A stretch of 53,037 nt of DNA from a virus (IMGVR_UViG_3300032330_001444:1-53037); one strand, 5' to 3'. Positions 27,962 through 37,151 are shown, counted from the stretch's first letter. Program-made: numbers and translations. Notes: generated by a model from the sequence alone, not told the origin.

Positions 27962-29020
27962 ATGAAGACAGTACTAAATAAGAAAAACATAGATCAGTTA
28001 CGAAACCCAATGTTCTTGGGAGAAGATCTATCGCTACAACGATATGATCAAATCAAGTATCCTAAGTTTTACGATCTGTATGATCAACAGCTAAACTTCT
28101 TTTGGCGGCCACAAGAAGTGTCACTGGTAAAAGATATCAGTGATTACAAGAATCTTTCTCCTGAAGAACGATTTGTTTTTGATAGTAATTTAAAGTTTCA
28201 AACTATGACTGATAGTATGTTGAGTCGTAGTATTCACGAACTAATGAAGCACGTTACAAATAGTGAATTGGAAATTTGTATGAATGCATGGAGTTTCTTT
28301 GAAACTATTCATAGTAACAGTTATACATACATCCTCAACAATGTTTATCCAGATGCTACCAAGTTTTTTGACAGTGTTTTGGAAGACCAAGAAATTGTTA
28401 AGAGAGCTACTGCAATCAGTAAGAAATATGATGAACTATTGTCATCATCGGATGATGTTAAACAACAATTGTTTGATGCGGTATTGGCAACTCAAATTAC
28501 TGAAGGGTTGATATTCTATGTATCATTTGCTTGTAGTTTTTATTTTGGATATCGTGGAAAGATGGAGGGTAATAGTAAGATTATTAAGTTTATTAGTAGA
28601 GATGAAAATTTACACGTTGCTATTACTCAAAACATTATGAAGAACTGGATTAATAATCCAGATGAAGGATTCCAAGATATTGTCAAAAAAAATGAAGATA
28701 AGATATATGCTGCTTATGAAATGGCAGTGAATGCGGAAAAAGACTGGGCGGATTATCTATTTAGTAAAGGTAGTTTGATTGGTTTAACCGCAGAAAGTTT
28801 GAAACATTATATTGAGTGGTTGGCTAATAATAGATTAACCAGTCTAGGATATAAGAAATTGTATCCTACTGCCAAAGTTAATCCATTGGCTGGATGGTTG
28901 GATAGTTATTATGATAGCAAGAAGTTACAGGTAGCCCCCCAAGAAACTGAATTGAGCAGCTATGTTAAAGGCGTGGATAATACCATTAGTGAGGGAGCGT
29001 TTGACGACTTCAAACTATAA
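27962..29020 (+). CDS. nrdB: Ribonucleotide reductase class Ia beta subunit
   Basis: FFWRPQE, ETIHS.SY, EG..FY.SF, RDE.LH, VAPQE.E.SSY; AGGAGG RBS before ATG 27962. Confidence 0.95.
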   Translation: MKTVLNKKNIDQLRNPMFLGEDLSLQRYDQIKYPKFYDLYDQQLNFFWRPQEVSLVKDISDYKNLSPEERFVFDSNLKFQTMTDSMLSRSIHELMKHVTNSELEICMNAWSFFETIHSNSYTYILNNVYPDATKFFDSVLEDQEIVKRATAISKKYDELLSSSDDVKQQLFDAVLATQITEGLIFYVSFACSFYFGYRGKMEGNSKIIKFISRDENLHVAITQNIMKNWINNPDEGFQDIVKKNEDKIYAAYEMAVNAEKDWADYLFSKGSLIGLTAESLKHYIEWLANNRLTSLGYKKLYPTAKVNPLAGWLDSYYDSKKLQVAPQETELSSYVKGVDNTISEGAFDDFKL

Positions 29021-29047
29021 TTGCAATTGTAAATAAATAAAAAATGT

Positions 29048-29080
29048 AACGGGTACTTTAAATAGTATCCGTTTTTTATT
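29048..29080 (+). terminator. Rho-independent terminator after nrdB
   Basis: AACGGGTACT / AGTATCCGTT stem plus T tract. Confidence 0.7.
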
Positions 29081-29101
29081 ATATTTATATTCATCTTTAT
29101 T

Positions 29102-29656
29102 ATGGAAAACGTATTTACATATCTGGAAAAAATATTAGTAATAAGCGCAGCTGGTGGTGTTCTTTTTGGAGCATTCAAGTGGGTATTTACTTTAAATCGT
29201 AATGTACAAGAGATTTTGAAAGAAGTTAAACCCAATTCGGGCACTTCTTTGAAAGATCAAGTTGCTAAAATAGAAAGTCGGGTATGTCATGATAGTAATT
29301 TAATTAATACTATATGCATGCGTCAGAAGTGGATATTGGATAATAGACCTGAACCAATATTTGAATGTGATACCGATGGTAAATGTATGTGGGTAAATGA
29401 GAAATATTGTCAATTATTGAAACATGATGTGGAATATTTCTTGGGTAATGGATGGAAAAATGGTGTGCATGGAGAAGATTTAGAAATGGTAGAAAAAGAG
29501 TGGGAAAGAGCTATAAGAGATAAAAGAAGTAGTATCAGTGAACATAGAGTGGTAGATAGAGAGGGTAAAGTATATAATGTTAAAGTATTAGCTACAAGAA
29601 ACGATAGTTATGGGTATATAGGACACATCGAAGTATTAGCTGATAAAAAAGATTAA
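29102..29656 (+). CDS. Membrane-anchored PAS-domain protein
   Basis: N-terminal hydrophobic helix; C-terminal IFECD.DG.C.WVN..YC.L......LG.GW...VH.EDL..V...W....EHR....G is a PAS/PAC fold. Confidence 0.8.
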   Translation: MENVFTYLEKILVISAAGGVLFGAFKWVFTLNRNVQEILKEVKPNSGTSLKDQVAKIESRVCHDSNLINTICMRQKWILDNRPEPIFECDTDGKCMWVNEKYCQLLKHDVEYFLGNGWKNGVHGEDLEMVEKEWERAIRDKRSSISEHRVVDREGKVYNVKVLATRNDSYGYIGHIEVLADKKD

Positions 29657-29693
29657 TAATTGACCATCAGATACTATTTATATGTATATTAAT

Positions 29694-30329
29694 ATGAAGT
29701 CTTCCAAACAATTAGTCAATAAACTCGTAAAAGAAACACTAGAACAAAAGTATACCAACGCTTCTGCTTCATGGAGTGATTTAATTGAAGAATTATCTAA
29801 AGAAATTAAGAAGCCAATTGAACTAGATGATGCTGGTAACTATAATGTATGTGAATGTGAACCATATCATATTAGTATCAGACCAATTGTACACGGTATC
29901 TGTGACGTACAAGCATTCAAAGATTATAGTGACAGAACCAAGAAACTCTTCATGAAGTTTGATGATGTAAAGAAATTCGTTAAAGAATATTTATCATCAA
30001 AAGACTTAAATTATGTAGATAGTGCTTTAACTAAAGTTGTAGATAATAGTAAGGATAAACAAGGTGGTAAAAAGGCTGATACACAATCTGAAAAAGAAGA
30101 AAACGTAGTAAATCCACAAAAAGGATTTAAAATTGTTAAAAACGTTAAGGTGGATTCAATGAACAAAGAAGTTGATGATCCTACTCAACCAATGCAAGTA
30201 GTTGGAAAGTTTCTTAAATCTTCTGAATATAAGAGTGTTAATCCAAAATATACACCTCCTACTTTACCAAAAGCTTTACAAAAATTGGTTGTTAAATATA
30301 CCAAGGGTGGTAAAACCAAAAAGAAGTAA
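29694..30329 (+). CDS. Hypothetical late protein, Lys-rich (ATG 29694 likely; ORF track starts at 29682)
   Basis: TATTTATA at 29675-29682; N-terminal LVNKLVKETLE. Confidence 0.6.
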   Translation: MKSSKQLVNKLVKETLEQKYTNASASWSDLIEELSKEIKKPIELDDAGNYNVCECEPYHISIRPIVHGICDVQAFKDYSDRTKKLFMKFDDVKKFVKEYLSSKDLNYVDSALTKVVDNSKDKQGGKKADTQSEKEENVVNPQKGFKIVKNVKVDSMNKEVDDPTQPMQVVGKFLKSSEYKSVNPKYTPPTLPKALQKLVVKYTKGGKTKKK

Positions 30330-30358
30330 TTGACATTTTCTGAATTTTGATATACTAT
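30330..30358 (+). promoter_or_regulatory. Sigma70-type promoter
   Basis: TTGACA-N17-TACTAT. Confidence 0.6.
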
Positions 30359-30385
30359 AAAAGTATATCTAAAAAAAGGATACAT

Positions 30386-30709
30386 ATGAAGAAATTAATT
30401 ACTATCGCAACATTGAGTGCAACTCTAGCTTCTCAAACATTTGCTGGCGATAGAGAATGGGCAACGGTTGGTAAGGTTTTAACAGGCGTTGTTGTAATTG
30501 AGGCAGTTGGAAGAATCGTTAATCCCCCAACACAAGTTGTATATGTTCAACCACAACCTGTAGTTTATACACATCCTCTAGTAGTACAACCTCAACCAAT
30601 TGTTTATTATCAACCTGCTCCTGTTGTATATTATCAACCACAGCCAGTGGTAGTTGTGTATGGATCATGGGGTCGTCCAGTACATCATTATCATCACCAT
30701 CATCATTGA
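30386..30709 (+). CDS. Secreted/membrane Pro-Val-Tyr-Gln-repeat protein with poly-His tail
   Basis: AAGGA RBS then MKKLITIATLSATLASQTFA signal peptide, GDREWATVGKVLTG, (VVYxQPQP)n, HHYHHHHH. Confidence 0.75.
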   Translation: MKKLITIATLSATLASQTFAGDREWATVGKVLTGVVVIEAVGRIVNPPTQVVYVQPQPVVYTHPLVVQPQPIVYYQPAPVVYYQPQPVVVVYGSWGRPVHHYHHHHH

Positions 30710-30731
30710 TAAAATAATTTTAAAATAACCC

Positions 30732-30760
30732 AAACCACCGTAACTGGTGGTTTTTTTATT
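30732..30760 (+). terminator. Rho-independent terminator
   Basis: AAACCACC-gtaact-GGTGGTTT followed by a T tract. Confidence 0.75.
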
Positions 30761-30767
30761 TTTGTGG

Positions 30768-30795
30768 TTGACTTCTTATAAGTTCGTGGTAAGAT
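30768..30795 (+). promoter_or_regulatory. Sigma70-type extended -10 promoter
   Basis: TTGACT-N16-TAAGAT preceded by TGG. Confidence 0.65.
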
Positions 30796-30817
30796 GGTTT
30801 TACGGTAAGAAACACAT

Positions 30818-31789
30818 ATGAAAAATAAAAACTCACTAAATCTGGTTACTGGTAAGGACTTCAATATCAAGGCTTATCTTGATACTTGTGTAAATCTACG
30901 TCCGTCTTCTTTGATTATGGACGATCTCAAGTGGAAGTATATGGTACGCAGTGCTATTCGTGGCAAGAACATTCTGCTTCTTGGTCCAACTGGTTGTGGT
31001 AAGACTCTGGCAGCACAAACTGTTGCTAAGGCTATTGGTCGTGAAGATAACTTCTTCTATTTTAATCTGGGTGCTACACAAGATGCTCGTAGTGCTTTGA
31101 TTGGTAATACTCACTTTGATAAGAAGACTGGTACTCTATTCAAGGAGTCTAGTTTCATCAAGGCTATTCGTACTCCTAATGCCATCATTCTTCTTGACGA
31201 AATTAGTCGTAGTCACCATGATGGTGTTAATATTCTAATGACCGTTCTAGATGATCTACAGCGTTATCTTCGTTTGGATGAAAAAGACGATTGTGAAGTT
31301 GTTAAGGTTGCTGACGGCGTTACATTTATTGCTACTGCTAACGTAGGTAACGAATATACTGCTACCCGTGTAATGGATCGTGCTCTACTTTCACGTTTTC
31401 CGGTTAAGATTGAAGTAACTCCACTTGATAAGGATAGTGAGTTTAATCTTCTGAAGAACCGTTTCGACATTTCGACGGAAAATCATCTTGATATTCTCAA
31501 AGCTGTTTGTGAAATTGCTGAACATACACGCAAACAAGTTAAGCAAGATGATAGTAAGCTAACAAATTTTATTCCTACACGTAGTACAGTTGAAATTGCT
31601 GAACTTATTGTTGACGGATTTAATTTGCTTGAAATTGCGGAGTCAACCATTTATCCTAACTTCAGTGATGATGGAGGTGTAGATAGTGAACGTACTTATA
31701 TTCGTCAGCTTGTACAAAAGTACATCAAGGTTGAATCTAAGGAAAAGCTATTTAATGATCCACTAAAGAGTGATCAGCCTCCTTTTTAA
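30818..31789 (+). CDS. MoxR/CbbQ/CobS-type AAA+ ATPase
   Basis: GPTGCGKT, IILLDE, ATAN, MDRALLSRF. Confidence 0.88.
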   Translation: MKNKNSLNLVTGKDFNIKAYLDTCVNLRPSSLIMDDLKWKYMVRSAIRGKNILLLGPTGCGKTLAAQTVAKAIGREDNFFYFNLGATQDARSALIGNTHFDKKTGTLFKESSFIKAIRTPNAIILLDEISRSHHDGVNILMTVLDDLQRYLRLDEKDDCEVVKVADGVTFIATANVGNEYTATRVMDRALLSRFPVKIEVTPLDKDSEFNLLKNRFDISTENHLDILKAVCEIAEHTRKQVKQDDSKLTNFIPTRSTVEIAELIVDGFNLLEIAESTIYPNFSDDGGVDSERTYIRQLVQKYIKVESKEKLFNDPLKSDQPPF

Positions 31790-31810
31790 TAACTAAACAA
31801 ACAAACTATT

Positions 31811-33889
31811 ATGAGTAACTACAGTGATTTCTGGCTTAAAGACAACCATTATGAATGGGATTGGGAAGATGAGCTAGATGCGGCTATTGAAGAAGAATCT
31901 GGTACGGTTGCTACTGTTGACGACGAAGATCGTCTCAGCGACAATACCGCTCGATTGATTCGTCTGTCTTCGGCTCGTCGTGCTGTTGCTAACTATGTTA
32001 GTATTCTGACAAACCAGAATATTCCTGTAGTATTCAATGATAGTGCTGTAAATTGTACTGATGGTAAGCTAGTCTATATCAGTAGCGATATTACCAAGAA
32101 GGATAATTTTGATGTGGCTGTCGGACTAGCCTTACATGAAGGCAGCCACATCAAATATTCTGATTTTGAATTGTTTAAGACTGTATGGATGAATGTTCCC
32201 CGTGACATTTATAACTATACTGAAAAGTTAAGCATTTCAAAAGATGAAGTGGGTAAGACTTGTCAGACTATTCTAAACTATGTAGAGGATCGTTTTATCG
32301 ATTATACTGTACATCGTAATGCTCCTGGCTATCGTGGATACTACGATGCTTTGTACGACGAATACTTTAATAACAAGGTAATTAGTGATGCTTTGGATAG
32401 CGATATGTATCGTACACTAAGCATTGATTCTTATATGTACCGTATTATCAATCTTACAAATCCTAATACCAATCTTAAGGCTTTGCCTGGTTTGTATGAC
32501 ATTGCCAAAGAATTGGATCTTACCAATATTAGTCGTTTGACTACTCCAAAGGATCGGTTGAATGTTGCTTACAAGATTGCGGAAATTGTATTTAAAAATA
32601 TCAATGAACACAATCAAAAGCAAACTGGGCCTGGATTCGATCAAAATGATAGTGGTGTACCTGACGATTCTAATGGAATGCCCGGTGATGGTGAATCTGG
32701 TAAATCAACTGATGATGTACTTGGCGGTACTGAGTCTACTGTAACAAGTGATAATGCGGCTGTAACAAGTGATGTTGGTACAGATGCAAATATCAGCAAG
32801 ACCAAACAGAGCAAGATTGCTAAGAGTTTTGAGAAACAGAAAGACTTTCTTGCTGGTAAGATCAAAAAGAAGAAGGTTTCGAAACGTGAAAAGACGATGT
32901 TGGATGTTCTTGAAAAGAGTCAGATCGATCTTGTGCCTGTAGCTCAGGAGATGATGAAGGCCAGTGGATTTGTTGGAAGTGTAGAATGTATTTTGGTTAA
33001 GAATATGACCAAAGAACTTATTCTATCTGAAGAATTTCCGATGAGCATTGGTGCTAATAATGAAAGTAGCCGAGATGAACTACAAAAGAATGTGGACGAA
33101 GGAATTGTATTGGGTACAAAGCTAGGTCGTCGTCTTCAAATTCGTAATGAAATTAATATTGATAAGTTTACCCGTCGTAATTTGGGTAAGATCGATAAAC
33201 GTTTGATGCACGAATTGGGATTTGAAACTGATACCAATATATTTTACAGCACATTTACTACTAAATATAAGAAGGTAAACTTCCATATTAGTGTAGATGC
33301 TAGTACAAGTATGCGAGGTAAAAAGTGGAATCGTACAATCAAGTTATGTGTAGCACTAGCAAAAGCTACATCTATGATTGATAATGTTGATCTTACTATT
33401 AGTTTTCGTACTACTATGAGCTACAATCCATACATTGTGATTGCTTACAATTCTAAAGTAGACAAGTTTTCAAAGATTAAGAATTTGTTTTCTTATCTAA
33501 TTTCAGTAAATACTACTCCTGAAGGATTGTGCTTTGAAGCACTAATGAAGTTTTTACCAAAGGCTGATACTAATACAAATAGTTATTTTGTTAATATTAG
33601 TGATGGTGAACCGTGTTTCTATTACAATGACTCTTCTGCTGGTATTGCATTTTCTTATCGTGACAAATCAGCTTGTGAACACACACGTACTCAAGTAAGA
33701 AAGATTAAGGAATCTGGTTATAATATTATTTCCTATTTCGTATCTGACTATGATAGCTTCGGTATGGAAGTACTGCGTCAGAACTTTAAAACAATGTATG
33801 GTAATGATGCACATTTTATTAATGTGGAGAATCTGAATCAGATTGTTAAAACAGTCAATTGTAAAATGATGGATGCTATTGACATATAA
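31811..33889 (+). CDS. CobT-like protein: HExxH metallopeptidase-like N-domain, acidic linker, C-terminal VWA domain
   Basis: TDG, LHEGSH, N.VED..I; MIDAS DASTSM...TPEG...ISDGEP. Confidence 0.82.
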   Translation: MSNYSDFWLKDNHYEWDWEDELDAAIEEESGTVATVDDEDRLSDNTARLIRLSSARRAVANYVSILTNQNIPVVFNDSAVNCTDGKLVYISSDITKKDNFDVAVGLALHEGSHIKYSDFELFKTVWMNVPRDIYNYTEKLSISKDEVGKTCQTILNYVEDRFIDYTVHRNAPGYRGYYDALYDEYFNNKVISDALDSDMYRTLSIDSYMYRIINLTNPNTNLKALPGLYDIAKELDLTNISRLTTPKDRLNVAYKIAEIVFKNINEHNQKQTGPGFDQNDSGVPDDSNGMPGDGESGKSTDDVLGGTESTVTSDNAAVTSDVGTDANISKTKQSKIAKSFEKQKDFLAGKIKKKKVSKREKTMLDVLEKSQIDLVPVAQEMMKASGFVGSVECILVKNMTKELILSEEFPMSIGANNESSRDELQKNVDEGIVLGTKLGRRLQIRNEINIDKFTRRNLGKIDKRLMHELGFETDTNIFYSTFTTKYKKVNFHISVDASTSMRGKKWNRTIKLCVALAKATSMIDNVDLTISFRTTMSYNPYIVIAYNSKVDKFSKIKNLFSYLISVNTTPEGLCFEALMKFLPKADTNTNSYFVNISDGEPCFYYNDSSAGIAFSYRDKSACEHTRTQVRKIKESGYNIISYFVSDYDSFGMEVLRQNFKTMYGNDAHFINVENLNQIVKTVNCKMMDAIDI

Positions 33890-33906
33890 TATAAAGATGG
33901 TATAAT
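33879..33906 (+). promoter_or_regulatory. Consensus sigma70 promoter
   Basis: TTGACA-N16-TATAAT with TGG extension. Confidence 0.75.
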
Positions 33907-33953
33907 ATATTAACGGTTAAATTTATAACAACACAAACAAGAAAGGATAAAAT

Positions 33954-34349
33954 ATGAAAAAGACAGATCGTAAGAATAAGACAAACCTAACAGTAACATG
34001 GCCTTCAAATATCTTTACTATTAAAGAGTTGAATGTTCAGAATCCAGACTTTGTAGAAATTACACTACGAGTTCGTATGAAGAAAGCAATTGATAGTAGT
34101 GAAATTACTGAGATTGGCGTTCTGCATAATGGTAAAGGACGACCAACGTTAGTATTTGTGCATGGCACTCCTACTAAAGAACACATTGAAGAAGCGAAGA
34201 GTCGTCAAGTTATCTTGAAGAATCCTCCAACTGTCAATGTTATTAAAATCACAAACACTCCAACAGTTGTGGATATCTTTGACAGAAAGAGTGTTGAAAC
34301 AAGTATTAATGTACAGAGTGGTATGTCTAATAATACTATTGGTGCTTAA
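33954..34349 (+). CDS. Putative winged-helix DNA-binding protein
   Basis: FTIKEL....ITLRVRM.KAI....I..IG.....KGRP.LVF resembles a wHTH with a GRP wing; AAGGA RBS. Confidence 0.5.
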   Translation: MKKTDRKNKTNLTVTWPSNIFTIKELNVQNPDFVEITLRVRMKKAIDSSEITEIGVLHNGKGRPTLVFVHGTPTKEHIEEAKSRQVILKNPPTVNVIKITNTPTVVDIFDRKSVETSINVQSGMSNNTIGA

Positions 34350-34352
34350 TAG

Positions 34353-34592
34353 TTAAGGAACATATGACCAAAGCGGATTGTACTTAAGCAATCCGCTTTT
34401 TTCTTTTGTATAGTAATTGATAATAGCTTTCGGGGCTTTTTCTTTTATTGTACGTATATATGCCGATGTCATATTCCAACTTCCATAATAAAGTGGTTCA
34501 TCCATTTCACTATCTAATACTAAAAACTTAGTGGATGTTATTTCGAATATGTAAAACGTTTTATCTTTTAGATTGATTTTTTTAAATGCCAT
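34353..34592 (-). CDS. Hypothetical protein
   Basis: 79 aa; minus-strand TATTTATA (34604-34611) 11 nt upstream of its ATG. Confidence 0.55.
   Translation of the reverse strand: MAFKKINLKDKTFYIFEITSTKFLVLDSEMDEPLYYGSWNMTSAYIRTIKEKAPKAIINYYTKEKSGLLKYNPLWSYVP
34370..34406 (+). terminator. Terminator hairpin (overlaps the 3' end of the convergent minus-strand ORF)
   Basis: AAAGCGGATTG / CAATCCGCTTT plus T tract. Confidence 0.7.
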
Positions 34593-34610
34593 GATATACT
34601 AATTATAAAT

Positions 34611-35795
34611 ATGGATGCATTACAAGAATTTTTTGGAATTGAATCATTTGATTTCGAGACAAACAAAAAGAAACTCATAGATAATCTTAATTTTCTTAAA
34701 TCAATGACTGTTGAAGAACAGACGTTTTATAAGAAATGGCAAGAAATTCAATCCTATGATGGATCTGTAAACAAGTTAAACGAAGTAAAAGCTAAAATTT
34801 GGACTCCAACCGATTTTAACGATGAAAAGCTCACAATATCTGAAATAGAACAATGTAATCCAACGTTGGTTCATGTTGACTCAAAACGTGACAACGAAGA
34901 CTGGACATTGATTCGTATTTTTGGTCATACTATGTCGTTTGACCAAACTCCAGGTAGATTTCTTAAATTTCTTGTAACCGATGGAAATAAAGACAATCCC
35001 CGTTATATTGGCGCAATTAGTGTCTCAAGTGATGTAATTGCGATTAGTGATCGTGATTCTTATTTGGGATGGACTTCTGACAACAAGATTAAAGATAAGA
35101 AGTTAGCTCATAGTGCTATTGGCAGTTGCATTATGAGTACTCAACCGATTGGTTATAATTTTCTAGGGGGTAAATTGGTAGCTGCAATGATTACAACATC
35201 AACTGTTCGTGATCTTTGGAAAAAATTATATAATCAAACCCTTGTAGGCATGACTACTACATCGTTATATGGTAGTTATAGTATGTATAACAGTTTGAAA
35301 TGGTGGCATAAGTGTGGTAGTAGTGCTGGTAAGATTTCTATTAAACCAGATGAAGATATCTATAAAGTATGGCATGAATGGATAAAAGATAATCATGCTG
35401 AAAAGTATGATAAAGCTATGACTCAACGTGAAGGAGTATCTGGTCCTGTAACTGGGGCTAAAAGTAGGGTAATAGGTATGATTTTTAGTAAATGTGATAT
35501 TAAACAAAGTCATTATCAACATGGATATGAACGTGGGGTATATTATAGCTGTTTTTATGAAAATACTAAAGATTATCTACAAAATAAGATTGATGATGAT
35601 AAATTAGTTATGAAAGACTTGTTTAAACGTGATACTCAAGCTGTTTGTGAGTGGTGGATACCCAAAGCTATAGAACGTTATAAAAAGCTAAAGAGTGAAT
35701 CAAATTTAAAGACTAATGTACATTTCTATAACAATATGATTGGAATGTCATATGAAGAAGCTAAAAGTGTTTATTTTAAAGAAGTGGGAAGATAA
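34611..35795 (+). CDS. DUF4338 / Druantia DruA-like protein
   Basis: PGR.LKFLV.D, RD.YLGW, QP.GYNFLGGKLVA, TTTSLYG..S.YN motifs recalled for DUF4338. Confidence 0.65.
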   Translation: MDALQEFFGIESFDFETNKKKLIDNLNFLKSMTVEEQTFYKKWQEIQSYDGSVNKLNEVKAKIWTPTDFNDEKLTISEIEQCNPTLVHVDSKRDNEDWTLIRIFGHTMSFDQTPGRFLKFLVTDGNKDNPRYIGAISVSSDVIAISDRDSYLGWTSDNKIKDKKLAHSAIGSCIMSTQPIGYNFLGGKLVAAMITTSTVRDLWKKLYNQTLVGMTTTSLYGSYSMYNSLKWWHKCGSSAGKISIKPDEDIYKVWHEWIKDNHAEKYDKAMTQREGVSGPVTGAKSRVIGMIFSKCDIKQSHYQHGYERGVYYSCFYENTKDYLQNKIDDDKLVMKDLFKRDTQAVCEWWIPKAIERYKKLKSESNLKTNVHFYNNMIGMSYEEAKSVYFKEVGR

Positions 35796-35836
35796 TTGAT
35801 ATAAATGATACCCATGGTTAATATATATAGTTAATT

Positions 35837-37126
35837 ATGGGATTTACTTATATAGACACTTTAACAGGATCGTTGGAAGCAGATAATAAACCAGCCATTA
35901 AAATGGACATTCCAATTGGAAATGATTCATCAGCAGCTGGCACAAAATACTTTGAACTTCAACGATATAAAAATCCAATCTTTTATATAACTAAAGAAGG
36001 AGCTGTATTTGCTTCACAGTTTACCGGAAGCATCAAAGGTACATCTACAACCGCTTCGTTTTTAGCAAAAACTACACAAAATACAACAAATGGTTTGGGT
36101 TATTTTGATGGAACTGGATTAAAAAGTGCAGATGGATTATTATTCGATAACAATACTTCTGGTGTAAAATCTCTTAGTATTTCATCATCTTTACCGTTTA
36201 ATTATTTAAACGTCGCGAGTCGCGGATTAACTAGTGGAGGCGTTCAATATAATCAGGCCGCAATTAGTCTGTTTAATTTAAATAGTTCTGAAGCTTTCCC
36301 AAATCGTGACGGATGGATTATTTACTCTAATAGAAGTGGTAGTTTAACATTTACAATGCCGATTGGATCATACGAAATTTCCAGTTCAGGCGTTATATCT
36401 CGCGCGACAGCTGGTGAAACTATTATTTATGGTATGGTACAAAGAAGAAATGGTTTCTATTTTTGGCCATATATGGCTGGTAATACGCCAGCTAGAGATG
36501 GTGCCATTGGTATTGGTGTACAACCTCCATCTGAACCAACCGGATCATTCAACAAGTATTTAAGAGCTAAATTGCAGATAAATATGTTCAGTGGTAGTGG
36601 TGCAGGTGCATGGTCGCCACAAGCAACTGTTGAAAATAGATCTACTGCGATATTAGTCAATTATGGATCCGGAAGTGCTAATACTGGCATGACCCCTACA
36701 TTTTATGTTTCCGCAAGTGGAAATACTTATGCGAGGGGATGGATATCTTCAAGTGCTAATTATTATAGTTTTGGATTAGTTGGTACAGATGGTCCCTTGT
36801 ATACTAAAGGTGGTAAAATCACAAATGTTAATCCATCATCTGACGAAAGATTGAAGACTGGTATACAACCAGTAACATACGGTTTAAATGAAGTTTCTAA
36901 TTTAAATCCTGTAACATTTTATTGGACCGAAGATGCCAGTAAACATGATAGAAATAAAAAATATGGATTTATTGCTCAGCAAGTAGCATCTCATATTCCA
37001 GACTTAGTTGGTACCGACGAAAAGGGATATTATAATTTAGATACATTTTCAATGATTCCTATATTAGTCAAAGCTATAAAAGAGTTAAAAGCTGAAGTTG
37101 ATGATCTTAAAAGTAAATTGCCTTGA
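35837..37126 (+). CDS. Fibre/spike-like protein with C-terminal S74 chaperone domain
   Basis: SSDERLK..I, L.PV.F.W, YGFIAQQV, LVKAIKEL. Confidence 0.8.
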   Translation: MGFTYIDTLTGSLEADNKPAIKMDIPIGNDSSAAGTKYFELQRYKNPIFYITKEGAVFASQFTGSIKGTSTTASFLAKTTQNTTNGLGYFDGTGLKSADGLLFDNNTSGVKSLSISSSLPFNYLNVASRGLTSGGVQYNQAAISLFNLNSSEAFPNRDGWIIYSNRSGSLTFTMPIGSYEISSSGVISRATAGETIIYGMVQRRNGFYFWPYMAGNTPARDGAIGIGVQPPSEPTGSFNKYLRAKLQINMFSGSGAGAWSPQATVENRSTAILVNYGSGSANTGMTPTFYVSASGNTYARGWISSSANYYSFGLVGTDGPLYTKGGKITNVNPSSDERLKTGIQPVTYGLNEVSNLNPVTFYWTEDASKHDRNKKYGFIAQQVASHIPDLVGTDEKGYYNLDTFSMIPILVKAIKELKAEVDDLKSKLP

Positions 37127-37151
37127 CATTCTATAAAAAGTGTGGTATAAA
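37123..37151 (+). promoter_or_regulatory. Sigma70-type extended -10 promoter; likely leaderless uvsE mRNA
   Basis: TTGACA-N17-TATAAA with TGTGG; ATG 37158 lies 7 nt downstream. Confidence 0.65.

Noticed and set aside
21809-29020. Inteins or group I introns in recA, helicase, nrdA or nrdB
   Set aside because: Protein lengths are normal, motifs are contiguous, and no intein C/S...HN ends or LAGLIDADG blocks were seen.
30818-33889. Cobalamin biosynthesis (cobS/cobT) as an auxiliary metabolic function
   Set aside because: No cobN or other cob genes, and the RNR is the B12-independent class Ia; a generic MoxR/VWA module is more parsimonious.
34611-35795. Complete Druantia defence system
   Set aside because: No DruE helicase or other Dru genes nearby.
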